Assembly (NCBI GenBank): GCA_963701025.1
Contig: OY969557.1
Coordinates: 234,405-298,404 of the forward strand
Reading direction: 5' to 3'
DNA from: an uncultured bacterium
GTDB lineage: Bacteria; Patescibacteriota; Minisyncoccia; Phycocordibacterales; PALSA-1337
DNA: 64,000 nt
A model generated the notes under the pieces. That model was not told the origin of the DNA. It was given only the letters and a program-made list of their open reading frames with translations, and made no database searches. A program made the translations under genes and the position numbers. Positions 17,272 to 26,968 of the stretch are shown in pieces (within the stretch, counting starts at the first letter, position 1; the number at the start of each line of letters is the position of its first letter).

Positions 17272-17665
17272 TCACAGCGATAAGGCTTCTCTTTGAACAA
17301 TCGTGCGATGATTAGGAAAAAGGTCGGGGAGCCGCGCGGCCTCATCAAGGCCGAACACCTTTGTCTCTTCCATCTCATCGCCTTCTTTCTTCAATCCTTT
17401 CAATGACAGAAGCTCTATGCGGAAAAAGGTGAGTGTATGTCCCCCCCCTGTCTTGTTGCTCGATGACCCGGAGACCATCCTGATCTATTTCTATACCAAG
17501 CTCTTCATATATTTCTCGAGCCGCACATTCTTCAGGTGTCTCATTTCCTTCACTCCTGCCGCCGGGTAATTTCCAATATCTAGGAGCCGGCTTCTTCGGG
17601 TCACGCACGAATGGAACGCCTTCCGGAGCAACGATGAGAACTGCGACTGCATGCAATGAATTCAT
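17272..17665 (-). pseudogene. NUDIX hydrolase interrupted by a frameshift at a C8/G8 homopolymer
   Basis: The 96-aa ORF (17375-17665) carries the NUDIX box GGRSEGNETPEECAAREIYEELGI. The C-terminal continuation (...EMEETKVFGLDEAARLPDLFPNHRTIV) is in another frame (17272-17478). The frames switch at the C8 run at 17441-17448. Confidence 0.7.
17441..17448. repeat. Homopolymeric C8 (G8 on the coding strand) tract inside the NUDIX gene
   Basis: Direct reading of the sequence cccccccc at 17441-17448, at the point where the reading frame changes. Confidence 0.9.
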
Positions 17666-17696
17666 GTTTTATTTATAGCATAAATTATTATTCCTG

Positions 17697-17767
17697 TGGA
17701 CCTGGGGGGAATCGGACCCCCGCCTCGGCAATGCGAATGCCGCGTAATGCCACTTTACTACAGGCCC
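17697..17767 (-). tRNA. tRNA-Ala (anticodon CGC)
   Basis: GGGCCTGTAGTAAAGTGGCATTACGCGGCATTCGCATTGCCGAGGCGGGGGTCCGATTCCCCCCAGGTCCA. G3:U70; loop TTCGCAT. Confidence 0.7.
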
Positions 17768-17890
17768 TAGCGAGAAGCGACATGAATATATCATATTCAT
17801 GGCCTTCGAGCGACGGGCCTCGATGAGCGAAGCGAGTACTGGCCCATGCGCTCCGCCGGCTGGCGGAGGGAGTTGCGCGATCTTTCCTTG

Positions 17891-17961
17891 TCGGGGTGCC
17901 GGGAATCGAACCCGGACCTCACACTCCCGAAGCGTGTATACTACCACTATACTACACCCCG
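17891..17961 (-). tRNA. tRNA-Pro (anticodon CGG)
   Basis: CGGGGTG acceptor; anticodon stem CACGC/GTGTG; loop TTCGGGA; T-loop TTCGATT. Confidence 0.75.
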
Positions 17962-17963
17962 TG

Positions 17964-18034
17964 TGGACCTATGGGGAATCGAACCCCAGCCTCGCCCATG
18001 CCATGGGCGCATTCGACCACTGAACTATAGGCCC
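17964..18034 (-). tRNA. tRNA-Ala (anticodon GGC)
   Basis: GGGCCTATAGTTCAGTGGTCGAATGCGCCCATGGCATGGGCG...TTCGATTCCCCATAGGTCCA. G3:U70; loop ATGGCAT. It lies 2 nt from tRNA-Pro(CGG). Confidence 0.7.
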
Positions 18035-18058
18035 CTGATGTCTCTCACTAAACTGACG

Positions 18059-19061
18059 CTAGCTAGGATACACGATTTGTATCAAATGTTCAACGAGTTC
18101 ATGCGTGTCACTGCCGACGGAGCGCAGAGATTTGGGCATGAGCGACTCCTGCGTCAGGCCCGGCAACGTATTGGTCTCCAGAATATAGATCCCACGGCTA
18201 GGATTGATGATGAAATCGGAACGGGAATAATGCCGCAAGCCGAGAGCTCGATGGGCTTTCCGGGCAAGGACGGCCAATTCCTCTTTCACTTTCGCGGAAA
18301 ACGTGGCCGGCACGATCTCTTCCGACTTCCCTTCATATTTGGCCTTGATGATCAAAGAATCCCGTATGAGGTCGTATCTCGATGACGGGCAAAACATACA
18401 ATTCCTGCCCGCGGAATCCTTCGATGACGCCGACGGTCGCTTCAGTGCCGGGAATATATTCTTCGATGAGAACGGAATCGCCGTGCGTGGCGGCAGTCAT
18501 AAGGGCCGGAGCGATATCTTTCATCGTCCACACAATGGATATACCGACGGATGAACCCGCTGATGTCGGCTTTATCACGGCCGGCATGGGGAATGTAGTA
18601 AAGAGCTCGCGCGCAAGCATTTCCGCTCCGGACATTTTTCCGCCCGCACTCTCGAGAATGGCGGATGAAGGTATCTCCCGGCTGTGCGGCGTCTTCAATC
18701 CGTGATTCCTGTAAGCATTTTTTGCTAAGAGCTTATTCATCCCCACCGCGGAAGCCAGCGACCCGGAACCAGTGAATGGGATGCCGTGGGCTTCCAATAT
18801 CTGCTGGACCTTGCCGTCCTCACCGTACGATCCATGTAGGGCATTAAAAATGACGTCGAAGCGATGGGCGATATCGTTCGGATCAGCGGGCATGCCGTCT
18901 ATATGCCACTGGCCTTGTTTATCTATGAGAACATCGTGCGCCTGATATCTTCCGGCCAAAGGACCACGCAAAGCCGACAGGACATTGCCGCCGGTCTGGA
19001 GAGAGACCTCATATTCGCTGCTCGGTCCGCCGCGCATGACGCCGACTCGGATGGTAGACAT
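18059..19061 (-). pseudogene. ddl: D-alanine--D-alanine ligase split by a single-base frameshift
   Basis: The N-terminal and central domains (MSTIRVGVMRGGPSSEYEVS ... ATP-grasp) are in ORF 18333-19121. The conserved C-terminus (KAKYEGKSEEIVPA ... ILETNTLPGLTQESLMPKS) is in ORF 18059-18397 in another frame. The overlap is about 18340-18397 and the span is not a multiple of 3. The most likely lesion is an extra G in the stretch ...CAAGGCC near 18340-18346. Confidence 0.7.
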
Positions 19062-19147
19062 GGGAAGATTGTACCACGATAACAAACACCCGGCCCAACT
19101 GATGTTAGGCCGGGAAAACATTCTTCTGGCTATAATGATATGCTATT

Positions 19148-20446
19148 TTATCGTTTCCGCAATCCCCTTCGATGACGATGGAAGGCGATGACGAATCGGT
19201 GGGCTTCGGCATTCGCGGCGATTATATTTTTCCGATATCTATTGATAAAATCACCCGCGATACGGCTACCGCCGATAAGAGACGACGCTCTGTGCCGCTT
19301 ATCCTTTTTCACCGCCACGACAGGAATGGATATCCTGCGGGCCTTGAGCACTGATTCGGCGGCCCGCAATTGATTCTCATTTCCGTCGACGACGATGATG
19401 TCTGGAAATGGCCATTCAGAATGGTTGAGACGGCGTGACAATATCTCGACCAGACCAGCCATGTCATTGTTGACTTGGCGCGACAATTTAAATTTGCGGT
19501 ATTCCGAAGGCATCCTTTCCCCATTCAATGATACAGCCATTGCACCGACGACATTCGTTCCCGACAAATGGGCGATATCGTATGACTCGATACGAAAATC
19601 CCGCTTCGAAGAAGCACTGCCTGCCTTCCCTTCATTCCCCATTCCCTCATTCTTCATTCCTTCTTCTTTTATAAGCGCGATATCATTCACATGATCTATA
19701 GCATAGAGCAACCTCTTAACGCGGCTGGCTTCCTCGAATTCCAGACCCTTGATCGCGATCTTCATGTCCTTTTCGAGTTTAGTCCGCAAGACGTTCTTCT
19801 TACCTTCAAAAAAGAGAATGAGGTTGTCAATAGTCCTCCGATAGCGCCTGCGCGCTAATGACCTGTCATGCCTGTCTCCAAGCTCCGCGCCGGCAGGTGA
19901 CGTGCCAAGCGCCCGATAAAAAGCTTCATGTCTGGGATCGTAGGCCTTCTTATCTCTGAATGGGAACATCTTGCGCATGATCTTCAGCGCTTCCTTGATA
20001 AGGCCGGAATGCACGTATGGACCGAAGAGCCTGTCAACGGCGTACGGCAACTTCCCTTCTCTGCTCATGGAGTCAAAATCGCGCGCCCGGGTCAGGAAGA
20101 CCCTCGGCCACGCTTCATCGGTGACAACGACGTACTGATCGCTCTTATCGTCTCGTTCATCCACGTTATAGTGCGGCTGGTAGCGCTTTATGAGAGCGCT
20201 TTCCAATATGATGGCCTCAAGGACGGAATCAGTCTTTTGCCACGACAATGATCTCGCTTTAGTGATCATATCGACGACCCGCGGCCCGCGTGTCTCTATC
20301 AGATCGTCCGAGAAGTAACTTCTCACTCGATCTTGGAGTGACGTGGCACGGCCTATGTAGAGCGGCCGCTTGCGGACATCCCTGAAGATGTATACACCTG
20401 GCGTGTCCGGCAGTTCGAGCTTCGCGAATCCTTGACTTGTCATGGA
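19148..20446 (-). CDS. uvrC: UvrC-like excinuclease subunit lacking the C-terminal (HhH)2 domain (Cho-like architecture)
   Basis: GIY-YIG motif PGVYIFRDVRKRPLYIGRATSLQDRVRSYF, then the UvrC endonuclease domain (RIESYDIAHLSG ... PDIIVVDGNENQ). The ORF ends 27 nt before ddl, with no room for a (HhH)2 domain. The likely start is M18 (MTSQGF) of the 449-aa track ORF. Confidence 0.75.
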   Translation of the reverse strand, partial: SMTSQGFAKLELPDTPGVYIFRDVRKRPLYIGRATSLQDRVRSYFSDDLIETRGPRVVDMITKARSLSWQKTDSVLEAIILESALIKRYQPHYNVDERDDKSDQYVVVTDEAWPRVFLTRARDFDSMSREGKLPYAVDRLFGPYVHSGLIKEALKIMRKMFPFRDKKAYDPRHEAFYRALGTSPAGAELGDRHDRSLARRRYRRTIDNLILFFEGKKNVLRTKLEKDMKIAIKGLEFEEASRVKRLLYAIDHVNDIALIKEEGMKNEGMGNEGKAGSASSKRDFRIESYDIAHLSGTNVVGAMAVSLNGERMPSEYRKFKLSRQVNNDMAGLVEILSRRLNHSEWPFPDIIVVDGNENQLRAAESVLKARRISIPVVAVKKDKRHRASSLIGGSRIAGDFINRYRKNIIAANAEAHRFVIAFHRHRRGLRKR

Positions 20447-20499
20447 AGTAAGAGTATGGTATGCGACGGCATAACGCAAGATATAAATTGGAGGCACTT

Positions 20500-20823
20500 A
20501 TGAAAAATAGTCCTTACGGAATGATCCCCGAGGAAGAATTGTCCCGCCTGCAGATGCAGGAAAAGCGTGATAATCCCAAGATGATCGTCGCTTTGGGCAA
20601 ATCCATCCTGTTCCTGTCTGTCGCCATAACCATCGTATTGCTCGTGGCTCATTACGATCTCTTCGGCAAGATACCGGTTCGGCTCTTGGTAACGACGTTG
20701 GGAGTGATCGCCTGTTTTGTGGGGTTTGTCGCCCTGATCAGGTACATCATCGGGCATGATGACAAAAGCATCGAAAGCGAAGACGGGATAATTTGGAAAA
20801 ACGAGGAAGAGGATGAGCCATGA
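20500..20823 (+). CDS. Small two-TM membrane protein (hypothetical)
   Basis: GGAGG at 20489-20493 precedes ATG 20500 (MKNSPYGMIPEEEL...). Two hydrophobic helices follow. It is divergent from uvrC. Confidence 0.5.
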   Translation: MKNSPYGMIPEEELSRLQMQEKRDNPKMIVALGKSILFLSVAITIVLLVAHYDLFGKIPVRLLVTTLGVIACFVGFVALIRYIIGHDDKSIESEDGIIWKNEEEDEP

Positions 20824-20850
20824 CCGGACGACCCCATATCGTCCGGCTTT

Positions 20851-23492
20851 TTATCTTTTGAGGACTTTTTCAAGATACCTCCCGGTATAGCTTTTCTCGC
20901 TTGCGGCGATGTCTTCCGGCGTGCCGCGGGCGACGATCTTGCCGCCGCGCTCGCCGCCTTCGGGACCGATGTCTATGACATAATCGGCGTTCTTGATGAT
21001 GTCCATGTTGTGTTCGATGACCACCACCGTGTTCCCTTTTTCCACCAATTTTTGCAGAATATCTATCAGCTTTTTAACGTCCTCATAATGCAGACCAACG
21101 GTCGGTTCATCCAACAAGTAGATCGTCTTTTGAAGGTGCGCGCGATAGAGTTCTGATGATATCTTGACGCGTTGCGCCTCGCCGCCGGAGAGAGTCGTAG
21201 CCGATTGCCCCAGCTTCACATAGCCCAAGCCGACATCCATGAGCGTCTGCAAACGATCCTCGACGGCCGGTATATCTTTGAAGAATTGGAGCGCCTCCTC
21301 TATGGTCAATTCCAATACTTCATGGACGTTCTTCTTGCGGAATTTTATCTCCAACGTCTCCTTGGTGAAGCGCGTGCCGTTACAGATATCGCAAGTGACG
21401 TACACAGTCGGCAGGAAGTGCATCTCCACCGCGATCTCGCCGTTGCCTTCGCAGGCTTCACAGCGTCCGCCTGGCCGGTTAAATGAGAACCGTCCCGCTC
21501 CCCAGCCCCGGGCTCTGGCTTCCGGCTCCGCGGCGAACAGATCGCGTATATGCGTCCAGGCGCCAGTATATGTCACCGGGTTGGAGCGCGGCGTCCGGCC
21601 GATGGGGCTCTGATCTATGAGGATGACGCGGCCGATATATTCCGAGCCTTTGAATTCGGAGCAGTTGAAGGTCTCGGCGCTCCGGCTCTTCATCTCGAAG
21701 CGAGCGGCGAGATTCTTATGCAGGATCTCGTACATGAAAGACGATTTGCCAGAGCCTGACACTCCTGTGACGACATTCAGGACGCCGAGCGGCACGTCCA
21801 CGTTCATGTCTTTTATGTTGAATATGTTACCGTTGCGCACAATGATCTTGCCTTTCGGTTCTCGGCGGCGTTTCGGCATGTCTATCTTCGATTCGCCGCG
21901 AAGATATGAAAGGGTCAATGATTCTTTGCCGCCGCCTTTGGGGAGAGTCTTGGCGTTGAGCAGATCCTCCAGATAGCCCGAAACGACTACCTTGCCGCCA
22001 TGGACGCCGGCGCCGGGACCTATGTCGACTATGAAATCAGAGGCGAACATGGTGTCTTCGTCATGCTCGACGACGATGATGGTGTTGCCGATATCGCGCA
22101 GGTGCAAGAGGGTGCCGATGAGCTTGTCGTTGTCGCGCTGGTGCAGACCGATGGTCGGCTCATCGAGGACGTAGAGCGCGCCGACCAGGCCAGAGCCGAG
22201 TTGCGAAGCCAGTCTGATGCGTTGCGCCTCGCCGCCGGAGAGCGTATGAGCACGACGGTCGAGCGTCAGATATTCGATGCCGACGTTCACCATGAACGAC
22301 AGCCGAGCTTCTATTTCCTTCAAGACGACTTTAGCGATCTCTTTTTCGACGTCCGTCAATTTGATCTCATTGAAATACTTCGCCGCTTTCTCTATGGAGA
22401 GCCGCACCACGTCCACGATATTCATACCGCCTATCTTTACGTGAAGGGCTTCCGGGCGAAGGCGCTTGCCTTCGCATATCTTGCACGGGTCATCGCTGAA
22501 TATAGTCTCGGTGCCGAGGCCATTGCAGGCCGGGCAGGCGCCATAAGGTGAATTGAAGGAGAAAAGTCTGCGGCTCGACTTCCGGGTATGAAAAACCGTC
22601 GTACGGACACATGAATTTGACGGACATGAGCTTCTCTTCGCCGGGGTACGAGATCTTAATCAGTCCATCCGCCTCGATGATCGCCTTTTCTAGTGCCTCC
22701 GATAATCGTTCCTTCGCGTTATCAGACTGTTTCGCGTCTTTGAACTCGCTCCACGAATATCTCGTCCACCAGGACGTCTATGTCATGCTTCTTATTCTTC
22801 TCTATGATGATCTGGTCCCGCAGGCGATGCGTCTTTCCGTCGATCCTGACCTTGTCATAGCCTTTGCCGAGAAGGTCGTAGAGCATCTGATAATATTCAC
22901 CCTTCCTGCCGACGACTACCGGCGCGTAAACGGTTATCTTCGCTTGGTCGATGTCCACGCCAAAGATCTTCTTGGCACGGACGGACTTTTCCGTGACGGT
23001 CTTCATGACCGTCTGCAGTATCTCTTCTTTGGATATGCGATGTATCAGCCGTCCACAGACGAGGCAATACGGCTTGCCCACGCGAGCATAGAGGATGCGC
23101 AGGTAGTCGTATATCTCGGTGATCGTCGCCACCGTCGAGCGCGGGTTGTTCGAGCGAGATTTCTGGTCTATGGAAATAGCCGGCGACAATCCGATGATCT
23201 CGTCCACGTCCGGTTTGACCAGCTTGTGCAGGAATTGTCTGGCATAAGCCGAAAGCGATTCCACATAGCGTCGCTGGCCCTCGGCGAATATAGTATCGAA
23301 GGCCAAAGACGATTTGCCCGAGCCAGATAAGCCGGTGATGGCTATCATCTTGTTGCGCGGCATCTCCACCGTGATATTTTTCAAGTTGTGCGTCCGCGCG
23401 CCCTTGACGATGATCTTTTCCTCGCCGCGGATCGGCTCGTGGGTATGCGCTGCGGCAGATTTTTTCGGCGCGCTTTTGTGAGCGTCAGGCAT
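20851..23492 (-). pseudogene. uvrA: Excinuclease ABC subunit A interrupted by two frameshifts
   Basis: Three colinear pieces: aa 1-256 (start probably MPDAHK..., ending ...DEIFVERVQRRETV); then a +1-frame segment DNAKERLSEALEKAIIEADGLIKISYPGEEKLMSVKFMCPYDGFSYPEVEPQTF (22567-22721); then RLFSFNSPYGACPACNGLGTE... through both ABC domains (20851-22566). The frame changes are near 22720 and near 22565-22575 (the run ggagaaaagtctg). Confidence 0.8.
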
Positions 23493-23590
23493 AGTGCGGC
23501 GGATGATAGCATGAAAATGAGCGGAAAGCAATCGGGGTGGTTGACAATCAGTCAACAAAAGCATAGAAATACGTGTAAAGGAATGAACAT

Positions 23591-24067
23591 ATGAAAAAAC
23601 GAATGACCACAACGGCGGTCTACCTCATTTTGGAACGACCAAATAGACAAATCCTCCTCATGCGGCGACGCAACACGGGCTATCAGGACGGTATGTGGCA
23701 GGTGCCAGCCGGCCATGTTGAAATAGGCGAATTGCCCAGTCAGGCTATGGTTCGAGAAGCGATGGAAGAACTAGACATCATCGTATCGTCATCCGATCTC
23801 GAATTTGCCGGCATGTCAGCCCGACCAATGCATGACAAGACCGGTAATCGGATCGACATATTCTTTCTAGCGAAAAAATGGACAGGGGCTCCATTCATCG
23901 CCGAGCCGAAGAAATGCGATGCTTTGCGATGGGTTTCATTGGGAGACCTGCCGCGGAATACGACTCCGCATGTGCGGGAAGGCATTCTCGGCGCCTATGC
24001 CGGCACGACATTCTCGGAATATGATTTGGCCTGGATCAAGAAGCACAAGGTCTACGGGATCAAGTGA
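23591..24067 (+). CDS. NUDIX hydrolase
   Basis: NUDIX box AGHVEIGELPSQAMVREAMEELDI (the final G of the consensus is replaced by D). AAAGGA SD-like sequence upstream; 158 aa. Confidence 0.75.
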   Translation: MKKRMTTTAVYLILERPNRQILLMRRRNTGYQDGMWQVPAGHVEIGELPSQAMVREAMEELDIIVSSSDLEFAGMSARPMHDKTGNRIDIFFLAKKWTGAPFIAEPKKCDALRWVSLGDLPRNTTPHVREGILGAYAGTTFSEYDLAWIKKHKVYGIK

Positions 24068-24085
24068 TTCAATTTGAATCTCATG

Positions 24086-24115
24086 GAGCGATCGCGCGAT
24101 CGCTCTTTTTATTTG
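24086..24115 (+). terminator. Rho-independent terminator after the NUDIX gene (GAGCGATCGC|GCGATCGCTC + TTTTTATTT)
   Basis: Perfect 20-bp palindrome followed by a T-run, 19 nt after the stop codon. Confidence 0.75.
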
Positions 24116-24301
24116 CTCGACTTCACAGTTGGCCGCCGATATTCTTTTATGTGAAAATCACTTGACTTATAAAAATACATGGTGATAGAATTGTGTATAA
24201 GAAGCTCGCGGAGATTCATCTCCTCATCGGCATCATTGCTGGGGGCGAGCTCTCGAAAGACTCACGGATAATATCTGTGAGTCTTTCACTTTATGCGATG
24301 A

Positions 24302-24655
24302 TCACATGATGCTAAGAAAATGCTTCTTACCATTACCCTCTTGACAAATTACGACTTTAATATTTATGTCACCGATATTATGAGAAATGGTCCAAAACCT
24401 GATTTTTTTAGTAGCCACACGACTATTAACTAGACGTGCATGCTTCATAACAATCCTTATATGCTTTAAAAGTCTGAACCTTCTGACTTGGTCACTGATC
24501 GGTCGTATCTTGCGTCCCTTTCTTATCAGGTGTTCGAAGCCCTTTCGCGAAAAATACACCGCTTCATTATCAAGCGCAGGGCATGTCAAGACCCTTATGG
24601 CTTTGTAGGATGTCTTCGCCTCGAAGAATATATTCCTGTATTGATTTTCAAACAT
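24302..24655 (-). CDS. Hypothetical 117-aa protein in an AT-rich intergenic island
   Basis: Only an open reading frame in a low-GC patch. No recognisable motifs. Confidence 0.25.
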   Translation of the reverse strand: MFENQYRNIFFEAKTSYKAIRVLTCPALDNEAVYFSRKGFEHLIRKGRKIRPISDQVRRFRLLKHIRIVMKHARLVNSRVATKKIRFWTISHNIGDINIKVVICQEGNGKKHFLSIM

Positions 24656-24814
24656 CTCTCCACCATATCAAACCGAGATAAAGAACCGATGAACTTTTGA
24701 TAAAGAAACGATGAAGATCTCCCGACCTCGCTATCCCCAACCTTTCCCCTTTTTGGTATGCAGAAAATTTTCCCACTGCCTACATTCGCATGTTAAAATA
24801 CTCCTATCAAAAAC

Positions 24815-26206
24815 GTGTCTACTCCTTCCCCCTACGTTAAAGCTCGCGACTTGAAGATACCGCCGCACTCGATTGAGGCAGAAAAAGCCCTGCTCGGCTC
24901 GGTCATGATCCGTCCGGAGGTCATGCACGAGATCATAGACCTGGTGAATGAGCGCTCATTCTATTCGAACCAGAACCGCGCAATTTGGTCGGTCCTTTTC
25001 GAATTCCACGGCAAGAATACGCCCATAGACCTGCTCTCGGTCTCATCCCGCCTCAAGGAAAAAGGCGTCCTCGAGGATACCGGCGGCATGGCATATCTCT
25101 CCGAGATCATCAATGCCGTTCCATCCTCCACCAATGCCGCTCACTACGCCGACCTCGTCGAGAACAAGCATATCATGCGCGAACTCTTGAAGGCCGCCGA
25201 GGAGATCCAAGGCCTCGGCTATGACGAAGAAGCGGACATCCACGATATCCTAGAGAAGGCCGAAAAAGCTCTATACACCGTGACAAATAAAACCGGCTCG
25301 AGCAAGTATGTCGCTCTGAAAGACACTCTCGACGAGGCCTGGGAGCGTCTCGACCATCTGCACAAGACCCGTCATGAGCTCCGCGGCGTGCCGACCGGCT
25401 TCGTCGAGCTAGACAACAAGCTCGCCGGCTTTCAGAAGTCCGATCTCATCATCCTGGCCGCCCGCCCGAGCATGGGCAAGACTTCATTGGCCCTCGACAT
25501 AGCCAGAAAGACGGCCATCCAGAACAAGATCCCCGTGGCCATCTTTTCCTTGGAGATGAGCTCTCAACAGCTCGTGGACCGCATGCTCTCGGCCGAATCC
25601 CAAGTGGACGCCTGGAAGATACGCACTGGGCACAACCTTTCCATAGAGAATGACTTCAAATCCATCGGCGACGCCATCGCCCGCTTGTCGGAAGCGCCTA
25701 TATACATAGACGATTCACCCGGCAACAATATCTTGAAGATCCGAGCCGTGGCCAGACGTCTGAAAAGCGAGAAGAAGCTCGGCCTCATCATCGTGGACTA
25801 TCTACAACTCATGGTGCCCACTTCGGCCAACAGATATAACGACAACCTGGTCCAGCAGGTCACCGAGATATCGCGCTCGCTCAAGCACTTGGCTCGCGAG
25901 CTCGAAGTGCCGGTACTAGCATTGTCGCAATTGTCCCGCGCCGTCGAACAGCGCGGTGGCAAGCCTCGCTTGTCGGATCTGCGCGATTCCGGATCCATCG
26001 AGCAGGACGCCGACGTCGTCATGTTCATCCACCGCGAGGCCGACTCCGACCAGGGCGGCCGCAAGGAAGAGACCGAGATATTGATCGAGAAGCACAGGAA
26101 CGGTCCGACCGGCATGACCAAGCTTTATTTCGACAGCAAGAAGACCACTTTCATCTCCATGGACAAGGGCGAGTTCGGGGATTTCGATAAGGAGCAGCAG
26201 GGGTAG
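24815..26206 (+). CDS. dnaB: Replicative DNA helicase DnaB
   Basis: N-terminal SIEAEKALLGSVM, Walker A ARPSMGKTSLAL, and RecA-like C-terminal domain; 463 aa. No intein. Confidence 0.9.
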   Translation: MSTPSPYVKARDLKIPPHSIEAEKALLGSVMIRPEVMHEIIDLVNERSFYSNQNRAIWSVLFEFHGKNTPIDLLSVSSRLKEKGVLEDTGGMAYLSEIINAVPSSTNAAHYADLVENKHIMRELLKAAEEIQGLGYDEEADIHDILEKAEKALYTVTNKTGSSKYVALKDTLDEAWERLDHLHKTRHELRGVPTGFVELDNKLAGFQKSDLIILAARPSMGKTSLALDIARKTAIQNKIPVAIFSLEMSSQQLVDRMLSAESQVDAWKIRTGHNLSIENDFKSIGDAIARLSEAPIYIDDSPGNNILKIRAVARRLKSEKKLGLIIVDYLQLMVPTSANRYNDNLVQQVTEISRSLKHLARELEVPVLALSQLSRAVEQRGGKPRLSDLRDSGSIEQDADVVMFIHREADSDQGGRKEETEILIEKHRNGPTGMTKLYFDSKKTTFISMDKGEFGDFDKEQQG

Positions 26207-26292
26207 TAAAGGGGACAGGGATAGCGGCACGCGGTTAGGTAACAAGTACAAAATTTCCCCCTAGCTATAGTTAGGGGGAAATAATGGGGTGT

Positions 26293-26943
26293 TCAGATGA
26301 GTGTCTCCAACGCCTCTTTGACTTTCTCAAAAATAACCTTGTGTCCTTGCGTATTTGGATGTAGGCCATCTTTACTTAGAAGATTCTCAAACTGATACTT
26401 CTTTAGTATTGAATTAAGATCTATCAACACCGCACCGCATTCTGCAGAAACAGCCTTCAGAATAAGATTATATTTATCGACGTATTCATTTAGCCTAGAT
26501 CTGTACTCCATATTCTTGGTGAGTGAATCAACTACTGGAGTAATATTTAGGAAAACTATCTTTGAAGAGAACTTCTTGGCTTGAGTAGCCGCCTCTTCAA
26601 GATTTGATTGGAATTTTTCTAGGGTCACATTAAATCTATCTTCCTTGGGTAGATAAGCTGAATCGTTTGCACCATAGGCAAATAAAATAATGTTCTTTTC
26701 AGTTGAATCTATGCGAGCGCATACTTCAGAGACAAACCTTTCCAATAATTCGTCCGTGACCTCTCCTGATATACCAAGGTTATAACAATAATATTTAGCA
26801 CCCGTGCCTTCCCCGGTTTTCTTGTCGAAATAAATCCGAAGCTGCGTAGCCCAACCGCCGTACTCTGTGTCTCGAGCACCATAAGTAATACTGTCACCAA
26901 AGAGGAAAATGTTCGTTATCTTCATAATAGAAAATTGTAGCAT
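26293..26943 (-). CDS. SGNH/GDSL-family hydrolase
   Basis: IFLFGDSITYG (GDS block I), GANDS (block III) and DGLHPN (block V). The gene lies in a low-GC patch. Confidence 0.75.
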   Translation of the reverse strand: MLQFSIMKITNIFLFGDSITYGARDTEYGGWATQLRIYFDKKTGEGTGAKYYCYNLGISGEVTDELLERFVSEVCARIDSTEKNIILFAYGANDSAYLPKEDRFNVTLEKFQSNLEEAATQAKKFSSKIVFLNITPVVDSLTKNMEYRSRLNEYVDKYNLILKAVSAECGAVLIDLNSILKKYQFENLLSKDGLHPNTQGHKVIFEKVKEALETLI

Positions 26944-26968
26944 AATACTCTATACTTAGCTTACCCCC

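Noticed and set aside
22611-23330. 239-aa plus-strand ORF
   Set aside because: Antisense to the uvrA N-terminal region. No motifs.
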